Part shown: one piece after another, positions 1-8,319 of the stretch
Numbering within the stretch: the first letter of the stretch is position 1
Layout: each line of letters opens with the position of its first letter
Origin: an uncultured Methanosarcinales archaeon
GTDB lineage: Archaea > Nanobdellota > Nanobdellia > Woesearchaeales > JAGWAF01
Reading direction: 5' to 3'
NCBI GenBank assembly: GCA_964359785.1
Contig: CAYHWL010000002.1
Coordinates: 1-55,044, forward strand
DNA: 55,044 nucleotides
The notes under the pieces: generated by a model
Told to the model about the DNA's origin: nothing
What the model saw: only the letters and a program-made list of their open reading frames with translations
Database searches by the model: none
Position numbers and translations under genes: made by a program

Positions 1-483
1 CATCATTATTCTAGCTTCAAGTATAGTGAAGGCTAATTCCGCTACTAACTTTACATTATCAGCTTGAACACTTTTGTGTTCACCAAAGACGCAATAATTA
101 ACAAAGTGCTCACAATTATTTTCGCCTCCTTTATATCCGCCTTCTGACTTTTCTTCAGCCCTAGTCATAATTTCTTGAAACTTATCTAGCGTTGTTTCTA
201 AATGTGTTAGTTCCCATTCTTTACCCACAAGAACAAAATCATACCAGTTGACAGCTTCAACGCCATCTTGATTGTTTTCAATAAATAAACATTCTTCTGC
301 TTTAGTAATGCCTAAGAAAAAAGCATAGTGCCAAAAAGCCTTTTCTTTTAGTCGTCCTACTAATCTTCTGCGAAATATAGAACCAGTACAACCTATACTT
401 TTACCTAGTGTAAAAGAGTGATTAATTAATTCAGGAAGTTTATTTAGTTTATATGTAGGATAATCTCTTTTTAAGTTTTTCAT
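1..483 (-). CDS. LRAT/NlpC-P60 (papain-like) superfamily protein; C-terminal end cut by the window edge
   Basis: Hand translation of the minus strand from ATG 483-481 gives MKNLKRDYPTYKLNKLPELINHSF...YKGGENNCEHFVNYCVFGEHKSVQ. The frame stays open to position 1. NCEHF is the catalytic-Cys motif of LRAT/H-REV107-like enzymes. This ORF is not in the supplied track because it is truncated. Confidence 0.55.
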   Translation of the reverse strand, partial: MKNLKRDYPTYKLNKLPELINHSFTLGKSIGCTGSIFRRRLVGRLKEKAFWHYAFFLGITKAEECLFIENNQDGVEAVNWYDFVLVGKEWELTHLETTLDKFQEIMTRAEEKSEGGYKGGENNCEHFVNYCVFGEHKSVQADNVKLVAELAFTILEARIMM

Positions 484-738
484 GGTTTGAATTTTCTTGT
501 CTAAAGTGAAGTTTCTTAGTACTTGTCCAACGGTGCGGCATAACATCTCGGTTTACGCATACTTGCGTGTATTTCTGCATTACACGCAGATTTTAAAATA
601 GTGTAAATAACTGTTTTACAGTGTTTTAAATATTTTGTTACGTTTTTCACCACTTGCGTGTATTTTTTTTATAGTTTGTAAATTGGCTTTATCTCTTCAA
701 ATAAATTTAAAATTCAATACAGTACATGTAATGTTTAA

Positions 739-1545
739 TTAATCCACCTTTGTAAAATAAGATTCAGCAGTAGGCAACCACTCTTGTATTCTGCCAATAC
801 GAGTATCGTGGCTGGGGTGTGTGCTTAAAAATTCTGGCACAGAACCACCACCTCCTGTACTTTTCATTCGTTCCCAAAAAGGAATAGCTTCTTTTGGCTC
901 ATAACCAGCCATTGCCATAAATACCATTCCAAGTTTATCTGCTTCACTTTCTTGGTTTCTACCAAAAGCTAAAATCCCTACTCCTGCTCCTATTCCATAA
1001 GCACTCAAAAATAAAGCTTGTGTTTCTTGTGGTTTGTCTTTCATGTAAACTGCTATGGCAGCACCTCCTGCAGCAGCTAATATTCCCTGACTCATGCGTT
1101 CGTTTCCATGTCGTGCTATGGCGTGTGCAATTTCATGTCCCATTACTACTGCTAATCCTGCATCGGATTGTGTTACTGGTAAAATTCCTTTATAAACCAC
1201 CACTTTTCCACCAGGCATACACCAAGCATTCACCACATCTTGGTTGACCAAATTAAATTCCCATTTGTAATTTTTAACTCTATTAGATTGTCCTTCATTT
1301 TTTAAATAACTTTCTACAGCGTGGGCAATACGATTACCTACTCGTTTAACTTCTTTGGTTTGTTCTATCTGCTCCGACATAGGCGGATTTTCAGTTAAAA
1401 AACTTTTATATTGCACCAAACTCATACTCATTAACTCACTTTCTGGTACTAATGTTACTTGTCTTCTACCTGAAATAGGAACTTTTGCACAAGCGATTAT
1501 GATAAGTGTTATTAATACTAGGAAGGATGGTTTTATATATTTCAT
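739..1545 (-). CDS. M48 family zinc metallopeptidase, lipoprotein
   Basis: HEIAH zinc motif (VVMGHEIAHAIARHGNERM). Starting at ATG 1545 gives a lipoprotein-type signal MKYIKPSFLVLITLIIIAC. The track ORF extends to a GTG at 1581. Confidence 0.85.
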   Translation of the reverse strand: MKYIKPSFLVLITLIIIACAKVPISGRRQVTLVPESELMSMSLVQYKSFLTENPPMSEQIEQTKEVKRVGNRIAHAVESYLKNEGQSNRVKNYKWEFNLVNQDVVNAWCMPGGKVVVYKGILPVTQSDAGLAVVMGHEIAHAIARHGNERMSQGILAAAGGAAIAVYMKDKPQETQALFLSAYGIGAGVGILAFGRNQESEADKLGMVFMAMAGYEPKEAIPFWERMKSTGGGGSVPEFLSTHPSHDTRIGRIQEWLPTAESYFTKVD

Positions 1546-1732
1546 TTTTTTTAAATTCATAAGATTGTGTTTCAAGCCCACAATGGCGTTAATTAGAGTT
1601 TATCCATAAAGTCTGCAGTCCTCCATCTTCAGTTGGCAAAGGTCTCTGCAAAGTGTTGTTTTTTTTGCTAACTGCCAACTGTAGATTGCTGACTTAATTG
1701 CAAAAAGCCACACATTATTTTATTTATAGACA

Positions 1733-2008
1733 TTAATTAATCTCTACCGTTAAGCCATTATCAGCTAATATTCCAGACATTATTTCAAGCACCGCATATT
1801 CTCCTTTTTTAACTGCACATTTTCCTGAAAAATGAACTAAAGTTGCACATTGCTCTGCTTGTATCGCATCATGGTCGCATACCTTAATCAATAATTCGAT
1901 AACATGTTCGAACGTATTTATATCGTCATTAAAAAGAATTAAGTGGTGTTCTTTTACTGCTTCTTCTTTCACTTCTATTTTTTTAATGGTAATTGTTTTT
2001 GGATTCAT
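1733..2008 (-). CDS. clpS: ATP-dependent Clp protease adaptor ClpS
   Basis: 91 aa with a typical ClpS core: LILFNDDINTFEHVIELLIKVCDHDAIQAEQCATLVHFSGKCAVKKG. Confidence 0.9.
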   Translation of the reverse strand: MNPKTITIKKIEVKEEAVKEHHLILFNDDINTFEHVIELLIKVCDHDAIQAEQCATLVHFSGKCAVKKGEYAVLEIMSGILADNGLTVEIN

Positions 2009-2009
2009 C

Positions 2010-5000
2010 TTATTGGTTATTTTTCATTAATTCTAGTGCTTCTTCTATTTTTATCTGCACACCATCTTTAAAAACTATTGTTTCTGGTTTTTTTACTCCC
2101 AATTCTTTCATTTCTATTTGTAAGTCTAATGCTGAATTATAATCAGGAAAAGAGCCAATGGTATATACTGTTTTATTATTTTCTTCATAATTTTTTACTC
2201 CCCTTCCAGTTAATTGTAAAAACAAACCCGCATCTTCTACAGGCACATCTTCTTCATATTCGCCTAATTTAACTTTAAACTCTAGCTTTAAATCCGCTTT
2301 TGCCCCATATCCAGTTGTGTTATTAGTAACTGGAGTTTCTTCTATTGGATTTTTCTCAATAACTGGAGTTTCTATCGTTGGGCTTTTTTCAATGATTGGA
2401 GTTTCAATGGTAGGGTTATTATTGATAGGAGTATTTACAGTTGATGAGCCAGAACTCAATAGTTGTGTAGCTTCAGTAACTGTTATTTTAGTTCCGCCAT
2501 TGTAAGCTACCACAAAAGCATCGGCAATACCTAATGCTCTTATTTTATCTTTAGCAATATTGGCATCTGCTAAATTTTTGTAAACTCCCGAAGTGTATCT
2601 AATCAATCCATTTGTTGTTCTTTCGCTATTTAATGGAGAAACATTATTGAGCTGATTGGCTGTTACTGGTTTAGAATATACACCAACCTGAATGGAGTAA
2701 AATACACCGCCAATGTTTCTTACATCTGTAGAAACCCCATCTTTCACTTCTTCGGTAACAACCGTTTTGTTAGTTGTGTTTGTATTGTTGTTATTAACAA
2801 CATTTTCTTTGTTATTGGTGTTGTTAGTAGTATTAACAGTAAAGTTTCCTTCATCAACTGCATTTCCATTTTGCATAGCTCTGGCTTCATTAATGTTAAT
2901 TCTTTTACCATTCATAAAGGCAACCACAAACGCATCGCTATAACCAATGGAACGAATTGAATTTTTTGCTTCGTTTGCCATGTTAAATGTTTTGAAAAAT
3001 CCTGCAGTGTATCTAGTAATACCATTACCAGCATCTTCTGCCATAATGGGAGCAAATCCTTTGTAATGATTTTGAGGGATTGGATTTCTAAATGCCCCGA
3101 TTTGAACTTTAAAAACTAAACCTTCAGGCAATTTTGGTGAAACAGGAATTTTTTTATTTTCATTGTATACAGCCTCGTTCGTATTGTTGATGACGAATAT
3201 AGAGTTATTTAATACTGTTGGAATTTCATCAATATTGGTTGGAGTAATTTTTACAGGTTGGTCAACGATAGGTTTATCAATAATTGGTTGGTCAACTATA
3301 GGTTTATCAATAATTGGTTGGTCAACTACAGCCTTATCAATAATTGGTTGGTCAACTACAGGTTTATCCACAACTGGTTGGTCAACTACAGGCTTATCAA
3401 TAATTGGTTGGTCAACTACAGGCTTATCAATAATTGGTTTATCCACAACTGGTTGGTCAACTACAGGCTTATCAATAATTGGTTTATCTACAACTGGTTG
3501 GTCAACGATAGGTACAGTAGTTCTATTCATTGCATCAGCCAAAAATTGGGGCTCAAAAGTTTCAGTTTTTTCAATAGCAGCAATGCTTTTTGACGCATTT
3601 TCATCTGCATTAATTAAAATAAAATTAGATTTTTCGTTGGCATCTTTTGCTTTATTTTCTTTATCAACAGCACTTTGTTTTAACTCAGACGATTTAGCTT
3701 CATTTTCAGCAATCATCTTATTTAGTTTTTCGATTTGAGCTAATTTTTTAGCTTTATCTTCTTCAGAGGAAGCTCCATCTACCATTGCTTTTAAACTTAC
3801 TCCTAACTGTTGTTGATCTTTGGCTTCTTGTTTAAGTTTTTCAGCTTCCACGTATTCTACTTCTGCTTCTTTTGTTAGTCTTCTGTTCTCTTTTTTAAGT
3901 TCAGCATATACTTTATAATCTTCAGAATTTTTAATTGTTGTTATTTCTTCAGGTTTCAAATTAAGAATAACTTCTTGGTCTGCTTTTGTTATTTCAGTGT
4001 TGGTAGCAACAGGTACAACATTGGTAGGCTGATTGTTGTTGGTATTAATTTTCTCGTTGGTGTTAGAAGTATTGGTTGTTGTTTCGTTAGTTGTAGCAGT
4101 ATTCTCATTGGTAACTGCGTATAGGTTCTCCGTATCTCCTTTAGCTAATTGTTGAATTGCCTTATTCTGCTTTTCTAAAGCTTTCATCTCCAATTCATAA
4201 GCTTTTTGTAAAGCATTTTCTTTAGCGGTAATATTTTCAGCTTTTATTGCATCTTCCCTTTTAACTTTGGCTTCTGCAAAGTAATTATCAGCTTCTTCAA
4301 CAAATAGTTCTGTCATTAAAACATCATTAGAAAAAGGATCTTTATTAGCTGTTTTAAGTTTAGATAAAACAGCCTGATTATTATAAAACTCTGTCCTATT
4401 GGCAGTTTCATAAATTTTAGCTATTTCTTCTTGCTTGTTATTTGATTGCGTCTTTAATGCTTCTACTTTTATAATTAATGCATCTTTTTCTTCTTTCGTT
4501 TTAGCTGTATTTGCAGTGTTTAATAATACATTGGCTTCTTCATCTAATGTTCTTGCTTGATTTTTTAACTCAACAATTGCTTCTATTGTTTTTCTTGATT
4601 GAGTAGATTCATATTTAAAATTGTTATTGTACTTTAAGTTAGAAAATTCATCCTCTTTAGCATTTAAATTATTAACAGTTAAATTAGCTTCTTCTTTTGC
4701 TTTTTCTTCTTTAGTTAATTCAGCTTTGTTTTCGTTGCTGACAACATTAGTTTTTTCATTGGTCGAATTATTCTCGTTAGTTGTCGGTTTATCTGCAACC
4801 AATGCAGTTGTTTTTATCGACTCTGCTTGAGAATTAAACAAAGCCGCAAACTCTTGTTGTTCTTGTAAATTATTTTCTAAAACGGCTATTTCATTGGCTA
4901 TGCTATTTTTATTTTCAGGAGTTGCTGTTGCTAATTGTTGTTTTTTAGTGGTAATCTCTTCTTCTGTAGCTTTTGCCCAATTCGAGTGAATTTCTGCTTT

Positions 5001-8000
5001 TTTGGTAAAAGTTTCATAAGTGTCTTCTCCTGTTATCGAGTTCAACTCATCGGTGTATTTTTTTTGATAATCCTCCCCTTTGTTTTCGTTGCTAGCAACA
5101 TTAGTTTTTTCATTGGTCGAGTTATTCTCATTGGTTGTCGGTTTATCTGCAACCAATGCAGTTGTTTTTATCGACTCTGCTTGAGAATTAAACAAAGCCG
5201 CAAACTCTTGTTGTTCTTGTAAATTATTTTCTAAAACGGCTATTTCATTGGCTATGCTATTTTTATTTTCAGGAGTTGCTGTTGCTAATTGTTGTTTTTT
5301 TAGGGTAATGTCTTTTTCTGTTGATTTAGCCCAATTCGTGTGGATTACTGCTTTTTGCGTGTAGGTTTCATAAGTATCTTCTCCAGTAAAAGAATTAAGT
5401 TTATTCGTGTATTCAGCATTGTAATCAACAACATTGCCTTCTTTATTAACAAGTGGCACTTCCTCTGTGTTGTTGGTTGTAGTAGTATTATTTACTGCTA
5501 AAGCTGTATTTTCATTAATTTCTTTTTGTTTTTCCGATTTTAAAACCTCTAAAGAAGTAATTCTTTTTTCATATTTTTCCTTCTCAGTATTATTAGCCTC
5601 ACCTTTTAACTGATTTTTTCTAATCTCAATTTCTTCATCAATACTTTTTATCCATTCTTGATTTATTTTCACAATTAGTTGAGGCTTATCCACTTCATTC
5701 CCATAATTATCGAGTTTTGATAATTCAACACTATACTGTGTGCTATAATCTATTATTTTTCCATTTTCGTCAATAACATTAAACTCATCTTTGTGTTCGA
5801 TTAATTGATAAACTTCTTTATTGGTATTATCTGTAGTTAGTAATTCATCGCTAGATGGATATAATCCCACTAAACCTTCCTTTTCGAAAAAAAGAATATC
5901 ATTTTCTAATTGAAGTTTATTGCCAGGAGTAACTGCTGCAACTGAGCTAGTATTAAGATTGATAGTTGCTAGTGCTGCTTTTGTTATTTCTACCTGATTT
6001 TGAGTATCATCATATTCTTTTTTAGCGATAACTTCTTTTGCTTTTGCATTGTTTCGTTCAAATTTAGAGTCATCAATATCAATCGTTAATGCCTTAATTT
6101 GAGCATCTAGGTCTGCTTTTTCAGTTTTATTTTTTGTAGCTTCTTTTTTAGTTTCTAATTTGTTCACTGTTTCTGTCAATTCTAGCTCTCGATTTAATAA
6201 TGCGGTAGCATCATCTCTGGTTTTGTTATACAATTGTTGTTTTTCTTCCAGTTTTTGGTTTTGAATTTTTTCTTCATTAGCTAATGCCGATTCATTATGA
6301 TAACTTGCTGAAGCAATTTCATCTAATTTTGCTAAGTTATTTTCTGCTTCACTCCTATTTCCATCATTAATATTACTGTTAACTTTTTCTTTTATTGATT
6401 TAACGCTTGTTACATCGCTTTCTCTGTCTGTAACTTCACTATCGAGTATTCTGGCAATGTTTAATGTAGCAACTGCTTCGTTAATTAATTTTGCAGCTTC
6501 TAATTTTTTTTGCTCTGCTAATTCTAATTTTTTATCTTTTTCTGATGCAGAAGTAATTTGTTGTGCTTCGGTTATTAATTTTTCCGATTCGGTATATAAA
6601 TTTTTTGCTTTTAAACTTTTTTGTGAAGCAATCTGATAAGAATAGTTGGCTTGTTCTTTAGATTTATTAGTCTGCTCAATAATTTTATTAGCTTTTTGAT
6701 CAACTGTTTTTATAATTTGTTCGTTCGATAATTCTTTATAATTAGAGATTGGTTGTTCTTGATTTGCTAACACGTTGTTTAAGTTAGTTAACTCATCTTC
6801 GGTTGTGTTAACATCTAACTTTGCTTTTTGCTGTAATATATTTTGAACAACCAACGGGTCGTTGATGTCAAACTCATCAGATTCGTCAAATAAATTTTTA
6901 ACTACTAATTTTTCATTATTTCCTGCTCCAACCAATCTTAACTCTTGTTTTAAAGCCCTAAAACCATCTAGCTTAGGAATTTCTATAGTTGCAGAATGAA
7001 TGGGTGCGTCATTAGTTGTTTCCACTAATAGTTTAAATTTTCCACCACTTTGAGGAAAAACTAGTAAATATTCTCCTGTTTCATTATTGGTTGTATAAAC
7101 TCCATATTTTCTATCTTTTTCAACATCTTTGATAGTGATGGTTGCCGATTTCATGTTAGGATTTGACTCAGCTAAAAAGTAACCTTTAATTACTGAATTT
7201 TCTGCTGGAGGAGCATCTACAGTTACATTGTAAACAGTTAACTCTCCTTGCTGGCTTGCTCTTGAAGAAGCAAAATAGGCTAATTTATTATCTATGTCTG
7301 AAATATACAAAATGTCATCATCTGGTGTGTTTATTGGAAAATCAAGATTTTCTGGATAGGTCCATTTACCTGTAGTTGGATCTAAAGTGGATTTAAAAAT
7401 ATCAAACCCACCCATACTGTTATATCCTTTAGAACTAAAATAAAGTGTTTTTCCATCAGGATGCAAATACGGATATTCATCATCAAACTCGGTATTAATT
7501 TCATCTCCTATACTACTAGGTTTGCTCCATTCACCATCTGGTAGTTTTACAACTTTATAAATGTCTTTTCCAGAAGTACCGCTGGTTCCATAGGAAGAAA
7601 AAACGACCATATTTTTAGCTTCACTCAAATAGATGATAGATGTTTCATTATTTTTTTTATCGAGTTTTGTTTTAAATTCCTCAGGTTTTATAATTATTTT
7701 TCCACCAATACCTTTTAAGTTGTAAAGTCTAAAAAAATCTGTTTCTTTAATTTCTTTTTTACTTAAAACTCCAATATCTGTAATACCTGTCAAAAGTTTT
7801 CCTCCATTTTCACACATCTTAATCTCTCTATCAACCTGATAATCTTGGTGTTCTTTAGTGGTAGTTTTTTCTTTAAATTTATTGTAATTGACAATTGCTG
7901 GTGCAAATTGATAATTATGATGGTAGGCTTTAGCTAGGTAATAAAATGCCACAGGGTCAACTGTTGATTTAGTGGTTGAAAATTTTAAATATTGAATTGC

Positions 8001-8249
8001 TTTTTCTTTGTCTCTTGAACCAAAAAGAATGCATGCACCATATTTGTAATTATAATTAAGGTCTTTTGGGTATAAACTTAAGAGTTGAGAAAAAAGAGGT
8101 AAAGCATCAACATATTTTTTTTCTTGAAACATTAAATTCGCCGAAGTCTTTAGCTCCTCTTCAGATGCATATTGAGCTTGCACACGATTTGTAAGAAACA
8201 ATATCGTTACTATTGAAAATACTATTCTATATAAATATTTTCTAATCAT
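2010..8249 (-). CDS. Giant (2079 aa) secreted TPR / PD40 beta-propeller / coiled-coil protein with three C-terminal SPOR-like repeats
   Basis: Uninterrupted 6.2-kb ORF. N-terminal signal (FLTNRVQAQ), then TPR-like helices, then PD40/TolB-like motifs (YPYLHPDGKTLYFSS..., LAYFASSR). About 1000 aa of E/K/Q/N-rich coiled coil follow, then P(V/I)(V/I)D(Q/K) pentapeptide repeats. The end carries three units of the SPOR-like pattern FKVQIGAF...DAFVVAF, YSIQVGVY...DAFVVAY and FKVKLGEY. Confidence 0.85.
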   Translation of the reverse strand: MIRKYLYRIVFSIVTILFLTNRVQAQYASEEELKTSANLMFQEKKYVDALPLFSQLLSLYPKDLNYNYKYGACILFGSRDKEKAIQYLKFSTTKSTVDPVAFYYLAKAYHHNYQFAPAIVNYNKFKEKTTTKEHQDYQVDREIKMCENGGKLLTGITDIGVLSKKEIKETDFFRLYNLKGIGGKIIIKPEEFKTKLDKKNNETSIIYLSEAKNMVVFSSYGTSGTSGKDIYKVVKLPDGEWSKPSSIGDEINTEFDDEYPYLHPDGKTLYFSSKGYNSMGGFDIFKSTLDPTTGKWTYPENLDFPINTPDDDILYISDIDNKLAYFASSRASQQGELTVYNVTVDAPPAENSVIKGYFLAESNPNMKSATITIKDVEKDRKYGVYTTNNETGEYLLVFPQSGGKFKLLVETTNDAPIHSATIEIPKLDGFRALKQELRLVGAGNNEKLVVKNLFDESDEFDINDPLVVQNILQQKAKLDVNTTEDELTNLNNVLANQEQPISNYKELSNEQIIKTVDQKANKIIEQTNKSKEQANYSYQIASQKSLKAKNLYTESEKLITEAQQITSASEKDKKLELAEQKKLEAAKLINEAVATLNIARILDSEVTDRESDVTSVKSIKEKVNSNINDGNRSEAENNLAKLDEIASASYHNESALANEEKIQNQKLEEKQQLYNKTRDDATALLNRELELTETVNKLETKKEATKNKTEKADLDAQIKALTIDIDDSKFERNNAKAKEVIAKKEYDDTQNQVEITKAALATINLNTSSVAAVTPGNKLQLENDILFFEKEGLVGLYPSSDELLTTDNTNKEVYQLIEHKDEFNVIDENGKIIDYSTQYSVELSKLDNYGNEVDKPQLIVKINQEWIKSIDEEIEIRKNQLKGEANNTEKEKYEKRITSLEVLKSEKQKEINENTALAVNNTTTTNNTEEVPLVNKEGNVVDYNAEYTNKLNSFTGEDTYETYTQKAVIHTNWAKSTEKDITLKKQQLATATPENKNSIANEIAVLENNLQEQQEFAALFNSQAESIKTTALVADKPTTNENNSTNEKTNVASNENKGEDYQKKYTDELNSITGEDTYETFTKKAEIHSNWAKATEEEITTKKQQLATATPENKNSIANEIAVLENNLQEQQEFAALFNSQAESIKTTALVADKPTTNENNSTNEKTNVVSNENKAELTKEEKAKEEANLTVNNLNAKEDEFSNLKYNNNFKYESTQSRKTIEAIVELKNQARTLDEEANVLLNTANTAKTKEEKDALIIKVEALKTQSNNKQEEIAKIYETANRTEFYNNQAVLSKLKTANKDPFSNDVLMTELFVEEADNYFAEAKVKREDAIKAENITAKENALQKAYELEMKALEKQNKAIQQLAKGDTENLYAVTNENTATTNETTTNTSNTNEKINTNNNQPTNVVPVATNTEITKADQEVILNLKPEEITTIKNSEDYKVYAELKKENRRLTKEAEVEYVEAEKLKQEAKDQQQLGVSLKAMVDGASSEEDKAKKLAQIEKLNKMIAENEAKSSELKQSAVDKENKAKDANEKSNFILINADENASKSIAAIEKTETFEPQFLADAMNRTTVPIVDQPVVDKPIIDKPVVDQPVVDKPIIDKPVVDQPIIDKPVVDQPVVDKPVVDQPIIDKAVVDQPIIDKPIVDQPIIDKPIVDQPVKITPTNIDEIPTVLNNSIFVINNTNEAVYNENKKIPVSPKLPEGLVFKVQIGAFRNPIPQNHYKGFAPIMAEDAGNGITRYTAGFFKTFNMANEAKNSIRSIGYSDAFVVAFMNGKRININEARAMQNGNAVDEGNFTVNTTNNTNNKENVVNNNNTNTTNKTVVTEEVKDGVSTDVRNIGGVFYSIQVGVYSKPVTANQLNNVSPLNSERTTNGLIRYTSGVYKNLADANIAKDKIRALGIADAFVVAYNGGTKITVTEATQLLSSGSSTVNTPINNNPTIETPIIEKSPTIETPVIEKNPIEETPVTNNTTGYGAKADLKLEFKVKLGEYEEDVPVEDAGLFLQLTGRGVKNYEENNKTVYTIGSFPDYNSALDLQIEMKELGVKKPETIVFKDGVQIKIEEALELMKNNQ
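3256..3512. repeat. 15-bp periodic tandem repeat encoding about 17-19 P(V/I)(V/I)D(Q/K) pentapeptides, inside the giant CDS
   Basis: ggttggtcaac(t/g)a(t/c)agg(t/c)ttatcaataatt units are visible on the + strand. The protein reads PVVDKPIIDKPVVDQPVVDKPIIDK... Confidence 0.9.
4728..5435. repeat. 2 x 354-bp (118-aa) in-frame tandem duplication inside the giant CDS
   Basis: gttttcgttgct... starts at 4728 and again at 5082. A core of about 145 nt (4801-~4946 and 5155-~5300) is identical by eye, and the flanks are diverged. The protein repeat is TGEDTYET(Y/F)T.KA.IH.NWAK...KKQQLATATPENKNSIANEIAVLENNLQEQQEFAALFNSQAESIKTTALVADKPTTNENNSTNEKTNV. Confidence 0.9.
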
Positions 8250-8319
8250 TTAATTAACTAAACTAATTAGCAAAATTACGAATATTAATATGGATGCAAA
8301 AAATGAAATATTACCTAAT

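Noticed and set aside
536-562. GCATAACA-containing motif recurring at about 50388, loosely at about 53112 and about 49820; considered as an attC-like or cassette-junction site
   Set aside because: The only exact shared word is an 8-mer, which is expected by chance about once or twice in 2 x 55 kb. The extended similarity is weak and the orientation relative to flanking genes is inconsistent. A genome-wide motif search would be needed to revive the idea.
3256-3512. Regular short repeats that superficially resemble a CRISPR array
   Set aside because: The period is only 15/30 bp with no unique spacers, and the region lies inside an uninterrupted ORF that encodes pentapeptide repeats.
3163-3738. 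Long + strand ORFs (3163..3738 and 3258..3593) with striking GWST/INNWLVNY repeats
   Set aside because: They are antisense read-outs of the 15-bp periodic PVVDK repeat inside the 6.2-kb minus-strand gene. They have no independent start context and their composition is dictated by the repeat.
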